This document shows positions 57,440-64,000 of a stretch of DNA of 64,000 nucleotides, in pieces. The stretch comes from Bacteroidales bacterium (lineage in GTDB: Bacteria > Bacteroidota > Bacteroidia > Bacteroidales > Muribaculaceae): contig JAAVFJ010000049.1 in assembly GCA_014800845.1 (NCBI GenBank), positions 2,181-66,180 on the forward strand, given 5' to 3'. The position numbers were made by a program, and so were the translations under genes. The notes below the pieces were generated by a model, which was given only the letters and a program-made list of their open reading frames with translations, ran no database searches and was not told the origin of the DNA. The first letter of the stretch is position 1, and each line of letters opens with the position of its first letter.

Positions 57440-57518
57440 GTAAGTGTCAAGAATTATATGTTCAAGATATAACACTTACTTCAGAATTTGATATCGTTTA
57501 ATTTTTGAGACTTACTTA
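57437..57518 (-). repeat. Short copy (82 bp) of the TAAGTAAG inverted-repeat family
   Basis: TAAGTAAGTGTCAAGAAT...ATTTTTGAGACTTACTTA; starts in the GNAT TAA stop and ends 5 nt before the next ATG. Confidence 0.85.
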
Positions 57519-57523
57519 AGAAC

Positions 57524-57943
57524 ATGAATTCAAAAAATACAGATCTTCAGTATACACCTGAGAATATCACTTCGCTTGGCCCGGATGAGGTGTTTGTCTT
57601 TGGCAGCAACCTTGCCGGCATGCACGGTGGCGGCGCTGCCCGTGTGGCCTTTGAGCGTTTTGGCGCGAAGATGGGGCAAGGAGTAGGCATGCAAGGCCAA
57701 TCCTATGCCATCCCTACTATGCAAGGGGGTGTCGAAACCATCAAGCCCTATGTGGACGATTTCATAGAGTTGGCCCGTGAGTGGGATCAGACCACTTTCT
57801 ATGTTACACGCATTGGCTGCGGCATCGCCGGCTTCAAGGACTCGCAGATAGCACCTCTTTTTGCCGAAGCGCTAAAGCTTTATAACATAAGACTCCCGAA
57901 ATCATTTGTTGAAGAGATCAATAAGCTCAATAATAAACATTAA
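57524..57943 (+). CDS. Stand-alone macrodomain-like protein (A1S_2505-like family)
   Basis: VFVFGSNLAGMHGGGAAR and VTRIGCGIAG resemble the two ADP-ribose-binding loops of macrodomains. Confidence 0.75.
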   Translation: MNSKNTDLQYTPENITSLGPDEVFVFGSNLAGMHGGGAARVAFERFGAKMGQGVGMQGQSYAIPTMQGGVETIKPYVDDFIELAREWDQTTFYVTRIGCGIAGFKDSQIAPLFAEALKLYNIRLPKSFVEEINKLNNKH

Positions 57944-57959
57944 ACGTGCCGTTGACGAT

Positions 57960-58334
57960 ATGAATTTTGAATCCATTAGAGACTATTGCCTGAGTTTGCC
58001 GATGGTTACTGAAGATATGGCTTTCGGCGAGGATCATCTTCTCTTCAGAATATGTGAGAAGATATTCGCTTGTGCAGAATTAAAAACGGCTGATTATCTG
58101 ACTGTCAAATCTGACCCCGAGGATGCAATTCGCCTGCGTGAGCAATTTGCTGATATAGAGCCTGCTTGGCACTGGAACAAGAAATATTGGATTCAATTGA
58201 ATCTAAACGGAAATCTGCATGATGACCACATCAAGAATCTTATTCGCAAGAGTTATTCCGAGGTGGTCAAGAAGCTACCGAAAAGAATCAGGACAACCTA
58301 TCCGGAGATTGCCGAGGTCACTGCTGAAGTATAA
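57960..58334 (+). CDS. MmcQ/YjbR-family DNA-binding protein (start corrected to ATG 57960)
   Basis: IRDYCLSLP.VTEDMAFG, KIFA, VKSDPE, PAWHWNKKYW motifs. Confidence 0.9.
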   Translation: MNFESIRDYCLSLPMVTEDMAFGEDHLLFRICEKIFACAELKTADYLTVKSDPEDAIRLREQFADIEPAWHWNKKYWIQLNLNGNLHDDHIKNLIRKSYSEVVKKLPKRIRTTYPEIAEVTAEV

Positions 58335-58355
58335 CCCTATCCCCTACTCTAAATT

Positions 58356-58994
58356 ATGATTGAAGCTTCTATTCGTGAATATATAGAGACAGAAATATTA
58401 CCTCGGTACTCTGCTTTTGACAAGGCTCACCAGGCTGACCATGTTAATATGGTAATCTCCCAAAGCTTGGATTTAGCCTCACGTTTGCAGGACATAGATG
58501 CTAACATGGCTTACGTAATAGCAGCTTATCATGATCTCGGCCTCATCAACGGGCGAGAGAATCACCACAAGGATTCAAGGATAATTCTGGAGAATGACCC
58601 TGTTTTAAAGCGTCATTTCAGCACTGAGCAAATTCGCGTGATGGGAGAAGCTGTGGAGGACCACAGAGCCTCAAAGAGCGGCAAGCCACGTAGTATTTAC
58701 GGACTGATAGTAGCCGAAGCCGACAGGTGCATTAATTGTGAATCCATCATACGCCGAACTATTCAGTATGGGCTCGGAAACTTTCCTGATTTTACCAAGG
58801 AGGAACAGTTCCTGCGCACCACGGATCATCTCAACAAGAAGTATGGTCCGGACGGATACCTGAAAGTGTGGTTGCCTTGCAGCGACAATGCCCAAAGACT
58901 TCAGGAGCTACGGAGCGTTATTTCTAATCCGGAGGTCATCAGAGAAGTTTTTGAGAGAATCTATGATGAAGAGACAGTAAATCGCCATGATTAA
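58356..58994 (+). CDS. HD-domain phosphohydrolase
   Basis: FDKAHQADH, IAAYHDLG, AVEDHRAS, IVAEADR. Confidence 0.88.
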   Translation: MIEASIREYIETEILPRYSAFDKAHQADHVNMVISQSLDLASRLQDIDANMAYVIAAYHDLGLINGRENHHKDSRIILENDPVLKRHFSTEQIRVMGEAVEDHRASKSGKPRSIYGLIVAEADRCINCESIIRRTIQYGLGNFPDFTKEEQFLRTTDHLNKKYGPDGYLKVWLPCSDNAQRLQELRSVISNPEVIREVFERIYDEETVNRHD

Positions 58995-59634
58995 AAATAT
59001 TATTTTTGATTTCGACGGCACTCTGGCCGACACTGCCTCGCTGATCGTGAAGACAATGCAGGAGACCATCAGACAGATGGAGCTACCTCCCAAAACAGAT
59101 GAAGAATGTCAGGCTACTATAGGTCTACGTCTTGAAGATGTCCCTGCCAAAATTTGGCCGGAGCTCGGCGACATTGGCAGTGAGTATGCTCAAAAGTATC
59201 GCACACTGTTCAATGAACTCAAACGCCCCTTCGACGTCAAGATGTATGCCGGGGTTATAGAGACGCTGCGGGCGCTTCATGACCGCGGCATAAATATGGC
59301 CATAGCAAGCAGTCGCAGCCACACGTCACTCAAGGAATACATAGAGCAATTCAACCTCGTGGAATGTTTTGAGATGCTTGTAGGGGGCAATGATGTGGCC
59401 AACGGTAAACCTGCCCCCGATCCGGTCCTGAGTATTACTGACAAACTCGGGTGGGATGTAGGCGAGACACTAACTGTAGGCGATGCGGCAGTCGACATAC
59501 TTATGGGACAAGCCGCCTGTACTGAAACTTGTGCCGTGACATACGGTAACGGTAATGCCAAAGAACTTGAAGCTGTGTACCCCACCTATATTATCGATGT
59601 CTTCCCTGATTTACTTCAGTGCATCGAAGGATAA
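58987..59634 (+). CDS. HAD-superfamily phosphatase (Gph-like)
   Basis: FDFDGTLADT, IASS, GKPAPD, VGDAAVD motifs. Confidence 0.92.
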   Translation: MIKNIIFDFDGTLADTASLIVKTMQETIRQMELPPKTDEECQATIGLRLEDVPAKIWPELGDIGSEYAQKYRTLFNELKRPFDVKMYAGVIETLRALHDRGINMAIASSRSHTSLKEYIEQFNLVECFEMLVGGNDVANGKPAPDPVLSITDKLGWDVGETLTVGDAAVDILMGQAACTETCAVTYGNGNAKELEAVYPTYIIDVFPDLLQCIEG

Positions 59635-59664
59635 AATAGTTATCACTTAAAAAAGCAGACGAAC

Positions 59665-60588
59665 ATGATAACATATTTGAAATGCGACAACGGTTTCTCC
59701 GAAATCGGCGAATGGCGTCCCGGATGCTGGGTAAATGTAGAGCAGCCCACCCATTCTGAGATTGATACGCTGAAATCGAAATTCGGACTTCCGGAAGATT
59801 TCCTGAATGACATCTCGGATATTGACGAGCGACCCCGAGTGGAACGCACTGACGGCTGGATCTGTACTATTTTGCGTATCCCGGTGGCTTATAAAGAAGA
59901 GGATATCCCGTTCATCACTATACCTGTCGGCGTAATCGTCAATGGGGAATATGTTATCACGGTCTGTTACTTTGCCAACCACGTAATCTCTGATTTCATA
60001 GACCACACCCAGAGACGCAGCACAGAGGTAAACACTGCTCCTGACTTTATTCTCAGATTGCTGAACAGCTCAACATACTGGTTCCTTCAGTATCTGAAAG
60101 AGGTAAGGAACCTGGTGTCAGACTCCGAAAGCGACCTGCAGAAGAGTATACGAAATGAGGAATTAATCAGACTGATGAACCTTCAGAAATCTTTCGTGCT
60201 CTTCGCCACATCCATAAGTGGCAACAATATATTGTTGGAGAGGATTAATATATTGTATAGATCGGAGCTTGACCGTGACCTGTTTGACGACGTGAGGATT
60301 GAGCTGCGCCAGGCCGACATGTCTGTTACTATAGCTACCCAAATGCTAGATCGCACACTTGGAACCTACGCTTCTGTGATTTCCAATAATGTGAATGCCA
60401 TAATGAAACGCCTGACAAGCATCTCCCTGATACTGATGATTCCCACACTGATTGCAAGCTTCTACGGTATGAACGTAGATGTCGGCATATCCATGGATAA
60501 TCATTGGGCATTTACAGCCATTGTAAGTGTAGGTTTCCTTTTGTCCATAGTAATCTGCCTATGGCTCCGAAAAATTAAGTGGCTATAA
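59665..60588 (+). CDS. corA: CorA-family divalent cation transporter
   Basis: DIDERPR, ISNNVNAIMKRLT, ASFYGMN signature and two C-terminal TMs. Confidence 0.9.
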   Translation: MITYLKCDNGFSEIGEWRPGCWVNVEQPTHSEIDTLKSKFGLPEDFLNDISDIDERPRVERTDGWICTILRIPVAYKEEDIPFITIPVGVIVNGEYVITVCYFANHVISDFIDHTQRRSTEVNTAPDFILRLLNSSTYWFLQYLKEVRNLVSDSESDLQKSIRNEELIRLMNLQKSFVLFATSISGNNILLERINILYRSELDRDLFDDVRIELRQADMSVTIATQMLDRTLGTYASVISNNVNAIMKRLTSISLILMIPTLIASFYGMNVDVGISMDNHWAFTAIVSVGFLLSIVICLWLRKIKWL

Positions 60589-60594
60589 AAAGAT

Positions 60595-60634
60595 ATTGCC
60601 TCGCGCTGAGATGAATCTGTCAGCGCGAGGCAAT
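60595..60634. terminator. Strong bidirectional terminator between corA and trxA
   Basis: 15-bp perfect stem ATTGCCTCGCGCTGA / TCAGCGCGAGGCAAT. Confidence 0.8.
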
Positions 60635-60660
60635 TATTTGTGGTCGATTTTAGGCTTGCG

Positions 60661-60826
60661 TTAGAGAATGTTTGGATTTAAATGATTTTAGCACAAAGAG
60701 AGATTTTGGGATGATTTTTCAAAGTTGAAGAGAGAGCGATGCGGGCATCGCGACCGATGAAATCTTTGGAAAAGCGCCCAAAAGATCCTTTGTGATGAAA
60801 TCAAAAATTAATAAACTATTCTCTAA
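60661..60826. repeat. 166-bp imperfect palindromic element (second MITE-like type)
   Basis: Nested inverted repeats: TTAGAGAAT/ATTCTCTAA, GATTTTAGCACAAAG/CTTTGTGATGAAATC, TTTTGGG/CCCAAAA, TTTTCAAAG/CTTTGGAAAA, central GCGATGC-GG-GCATCGC. Confidence 0.65.
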
Positions 60827-60857
60827 TCTTTAATTTGGTTTAAATTCAAACACTCTC

Positions 60858-61172
60858 TTAGAGCAGCGCTTCGAGCTTTGAACGGAGCTCATCGTAAGAC
60901 ACGAGGCCTACGGTGCGATCCTTAAGCTCGCCATCCTTGAAGAAGAGTACGGTGGGGATGTTACGCACACGGTTCTCGGCAGAGAGCTCATCGTTTTCGT
61001 CAACATTGAGCTTGCCGACCACAGCCTTGCCTTCAAATTCTTCAGCAAGTTTTTCTACTGAAGGACCGAGCTTGATGCAGGGACCGCACCACTCTGCCCA
61101 CAGATCAACTACTACAGCTTTGCCGGAAGCAATTGCTTCTTTTGCTGTTGCATCAGTGAATTGTAATGCCAT
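60858..61172 (-). CDS. trxA: Thioredoxin
   Basis: WAEWCGPC active site, VRNIPT; 104 aa. Confidence 0.95.
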   Translation of the reverse strand: MALQFTDATAKEAIASGKAVVVDLWAEWCGPCIKLGPSVEKLAEEFEGKAVVGKLNVDENDELSAENRVRNIPTVLFFKDGELKDRTVGLVSYDELRSKLEALL

Positions 61173-61226
61173 AATTTTTCGCTTTTATATATATGTTTCG
61201 GTTTTCTTTATGGAGTTTTCAGACTT

Positions 61227-61257
61227 CAAAGTTAATAAAACTTCGCCTAAAATCAAA
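61227..61257 (-). promoter_or_regulatory. Proximal promoter for trxA
   Basis: TTTG, 19-nt spacer, TAACTTTG. Confidence 0.75.
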
Positions 61258-61312
61258 AGGGGGACGTCGGGCAGTAGGCCCGGTGCCCGTTGGCGAAGCC
61301 ATTTGATTGAGG

Positions 61313-61320
61313 CAAAGTTA
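61313..61320 (-). promoter_or_regulatory. Second, distal -7 element (TAACTTTG) upstream of trxA
   Basis: Exact TAnnTTTG followed by C; no clear -33 element. Confidence 0.55.
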
Positions 61321-61383
61321 CGAATTTTTTATAAAACCGTTGAGATAAGATCGTATAATTTTCGCGAAGATTTCTCCACCCTA

Positions 61384-61959
61384 TTATACCAGCCTATGTT
61401 TCATGGCGTAATACACGAGTGCCGGGGCACTGTGCATACCGGTTTTTTCAGCCAAATTCTTTCGGTGCGTGAGCACCGTATTGACCGAGATTCCCAATTT
61501 AACGGCAATTTCCTTAACAGATAAGCCCATCACAGTCTCCCTCAGCACGTCCACCTCTCGAGCAGTAAGCCTCAAGTCATCTACCTTTTCGGGTTTTCCA
61601 GCCAGATGATGAGGATGATGCACCACTGCAATTTGTCCATTAATAAAGCTTCCGAGAGTCTTACTAATCTCCTGCTCGGTAGCTAATGGGGAAAGGCACG
61701 GCAAAGAATTGCGGCCGTCAGTCAGAGGTCGTGATGAGGTTAGCAACAGCACTGCAGAGAGACGCGGCATAAGGTGTCGCGCAAAGGCGGCCATAGCTGC
61801 CGATGATACAATATATTTATCGGCCTCGGGCCACCCGTCAGGCGCACTCACATTGTCACAGTCGAAAATCAACACCTCGGCTGCCGGATACTTTTCGCGT
61901 ATCACTTCGCGCAGTCCGAGAGATTGGAGTGGCGCAAGTCCTATCAGGGCTATCCTCAT
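61384..61959 (-). CDS. LuxR-family transcriptional regulator with degenerate N-terminal domain
   Basis: C-terminal LTAREVDVL...SVKEIAVKLGISVNTVLTHRKNL HTH. Confidence 0.88.
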   Translation of the reverse strand: MRIALIGLAPLQSLGLREVIREKYPAAEVLIFDCDNVSAPDGWPEADKYIVSSAAMAAFARHLMPRLSAVLLLTSSRPLTDGRNSLPCLSPLATEQEISKTLGSFINGQIAVVHHPHHLAGKPEKVDDLRLTAREVDVLRETVMGLSVKEIAVKLGISVNTVLTHRKNLAEKTGMHSAPALVYYAMKHRLV

Positions 61960-61970
61960 CTATCCGGAAC

Positions 61971-62528
61971 TTATTTTCGCGTGTAATAGATTCCGTTCTC
62001 GGTTATGACAATATCAACCGGCACGTCATGGCTCTCGGCGGGGATGTCATCTACTACCTGAAATTCGTAAGCCACACCTATTTTAGATGCCTTTGTAGTA
62101 GCCAGCAGCCTGTCGTAATAACCTTTGCCGCGACCCAGGCGATTGCCCCTGCGGTCATAGGCAACTGCAGGCACCACTATTAGCTCCATAGTCTCGGGGT
62201 CTGCAAATTCATCGCCCACGGGTTCCTCTATATGAAATGAGCCGAGTTCAAGGCGAGTCCTGTCGTAGGGTAATATGTCGAGGTTAACCCCATTAACTCG
62301 CGGAAGAAAGAAACTCTTTGTCGCCGACCACTTTTTCAGAAATCTGCGAGTCTCCACCTCGTCGGGAAGTGAATGGTACATGAGGATTCGAGATGCCATC
62401 AGAAACTGTGCTGTCTTCTCCAGGCGCTCGAAAATGCTATCGGAAGCGGAGTCACGCTCCTCGGCCGAAAGCATCAGTCTCATATTTTTTATTTTGCGTC
62501 TAAGATGTGTCTTATCAAATTGGTCCAT
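61971..62528 (-). CDS. ygfA: 5-formyltetrahydrofolate cyclo-ligase
   Basis: KTHLRRKI, LPDEVET, VVPAVAYDRRGNRLGRGKGYYDR, HDVPVD motifs. Confidence 0.93.
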   Translation of the reverse strand: MDQFDKTHLRRKIKNMRLMLSAEERDSASDSIFERLEKTAQFLMASRILMYHSLPDEVETRRFLKKWSATKSFFLPRVNGVNLDILPYDRTRLELGSFHIEEPVGDEFADPETMELIVVPAVAYDRRGNRLGRGKGYYDRLLATTKASKIGVAYEFQVVDDIPAESHDVPVDIVITENGIYYTRK

Positions 62529-62534
62529 GGTACT

Positions 62535-62604
62535 AAAGTAAGTATCAAAAATTTAACGATATCAAATTCATAAGTAAGTATCACGCCCTGTTGACACTCA
62601 CTTA
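62535..62604 (+). repeat. Short copy (70 bp) of the TAAGTAAG inverted-repeat family
   Basis: AAAGTAAGTATCAAAAATTTAACGATATCAAATTCATAAGTAAGTAT...TTGACACTCACTTA; first 47 nt nearly identical to the reverse complement of 57472-57518. Confidence 0.85.
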
Positions 62605-62621
62605 TGAATAGTAATTTCAAC

Positions 62622-64000
62622 TCAGCGGGAAAGAGTCTTTACAGGAATCTTACCCGATTTTAAAACATCGACAGCCGCCTTAATTGTTCGGTCATCAGAG
62701 TTAAAAATTCTATAGAACTGGTCATAACCGGCCAAATCGCGAACTATAAATGCCTTCAACTGATTGGCTACCATAGGTGCCGAGATATTTATGTAATACC
62801 ATCGGGCCGGCACACCTTTGCTTTCAGCATATTCGGCAAACTGATGCACAAGCTGATCATCAGCGGGAAGTATCTTCAGAATCTGAGCCACATTCTTATT
62901 GTCACCCAAAATACGTCTGTAGCTTTCAGCAAGAGCGAAAGCATACTGCTGAATTAAGCCGGCATTGCTTACGGCTATATACCAGGAAGTGACCTGAGTG
63001 GTATCCTCCGGCACAAACACGTCAGGCATAATGCCCCCACCGCCATAGACAGTGCGACCGCGCAGGGTACGGAAAGGCTTCGTCTTGTCAAGCTTTATGG
63101 AATCGAGATGATAGAATTCACCTCGGTTATATCGCTGCACAATGTCCATGTCATATTCCAACCCTTCCCCTATTTTGTATTCCTTCTGTATGCTGCGGCC
63201 CGAGGGGGTGAAGTAGCGAGCCACAGTAAGACGTATGGCAGATGAGTCGGGGAGTGTGGTCTGATTCTGCACAAGACCCTTACCAAATGACCGGCGACCT
63301 ATAATTACACCGCGGTCATTATCCTGGATGGCGCCGGCTATAATCTCTGAAGCGGAGGCCGAATATTCGTTAATCAGAACAGCCACCGGGATTTTCTGGT
63401 GAGAACCGGTTCCGTCAGCTTTCATTTCAAGTACATTCTCGGGGGTACGAGAGCGCGTGTAGACTATCATTGAGCCCTCCGGGAGCAGCTCATTAGCTAT
63501 CAACGCTGCCTGATCAAGATAGCCACCAGGGTTATTCCGCAGATCAATTATAAGCTCCTTGGCGCCCTGAGCGTCAAGCTCTACCAATGCGTCAATGAAT
63601 TCCTGGAAAGTATTGCGTGTAAACTTGGACAGCTTCAGATAGCCTGTCTTCTTATCATCAAGCATATACGCCACATCGACCGAATTAACCGGAATGTCAT
63701 CGCGCGTCAAGGTAAACGGTAACGGTTCGGAGGCACCACGTCTGAGCACCGAGAGAGTTACCTTAGTGCCCTTCTTACCTCTCAACGTTTTGAAGACATC
63801 ATCGTTAGTCACACCCGGGCCTGCCAGAGGCTTGTTGTCAGCCTTTATGATGCGGTCACCTGCCAAGATGCCTAACTTTTCAGCCGGGCCTCCGGTAATC
63901 ACTTCCACGACAGTCACCGTGTCCTGCACAATCTGGAAGGATATGCCCACACCGCTGAAACTGCCGTCAAGGTCCTCGTTTACAGCCGTGAGCTGGCTCT
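62622..64000 (-). CDS. S41-family C-terminal processing peptidase (5' end outside the window)
   Basis: Frame stays open to the window edge (..NEDLDGSFSGVGISFQ); PDZ segment GGPAEKLG, DLRNNPGG, SASASEI, GRRSFGKGLVQ, YFTPSGRSIQ. Confidence 0.93.
   Translation of the reverse strand, partial: SQLTAVNEDLDGSFSGVGISFQIVQDTVTVVEVITGGPAEKLGILAGDRIIKADNKPLAGPGVTNDDVFKTLRGKKGTKVTLSVLRRGASEPLPFTLTRDDIPVNSVDVAYMLDDKKTGYLKLSKFTRNTFQEFIDALVELDAQGAKELIIDLRNNPGGYLDQAALIANELLPEGSMIVYTRSRTPENVLEMKADGTGSHQKIPVAVLINEYSASASEIIAGAIQDNDRGVIIGRRSFGKGLVQNQTTLPDSSAIRLTVARYFTPSGRSIQKEYKIGEGLEYDMDIVQRYNRGEFYHLDSIKLDKTKPFRTLRGRTVYGGGGIMPDVFVPEDTTQVTSWYIAVSNAGLIQQYAFALAESYRRILGDNKNVAQILKILPADDQLVHQFAEYAESKGVPARWYYINISAPMVANQLKAFIVRDLAGYDQFYRIFNSDDRTIKAAVDVLKSGKIPVKTLSR

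Noticed and set aside
56829-60660. Integrative element inserted at tRNA-Ser
   Set aside because: No integrase, no duplicated tRNA 3' end and no obvious compositional break; kept only as a gene-cluster observation.
62529-62621. 6S RNA upstream of ygfA (a common arrangement in Proteobacteria)
   Set aside because: The gap is only 93 nt and is occupied by a copy of the TAAGTAAG repeat.

Overview
Core-genome window of a Bacteroidales bacterium (Muribaculaceae-like by gene content and style; this is inference, not a database result). No integrase, transposase, prophage, CRISPR array or rRNA is visible. Housekeeping loci: mrdA-mreDCB, purH, gluQ, aspS, rsmE-kdsA, mnmA, argR/speA/truA, a complete glycine-cleavage operon, purL, tRNA-Ser(UGA), trxA. 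Main unexplained signal: a dispersed family of short TA-bounded inverted-repeat elements (ends TAAGTAAGTRTCAA...TTGACACTTACTTA). There are six copies or fragments of about 20-198 bp. They abut stop and/or start codons, all have the same polarity relative to transcription, and one fragment marks the junction of a deletion that left only the 3' end of a trkH gene. Other notable items: a full-length but catalytically dead ArgC homolog behind argR, a C10-protease-derived pseudo-protease, a MurB-metallo-beta-lactamase fusion, a stand-alone LexA/CI-like repressor with three candidate operators, a macrodomain-like/HD/HAD/GNAT cluster behind the tRNA, a second 166-bp palindromic element, and two candidate structured non-coding RNAs. 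All family assignments come from motif recognition by eye; no searches were run.
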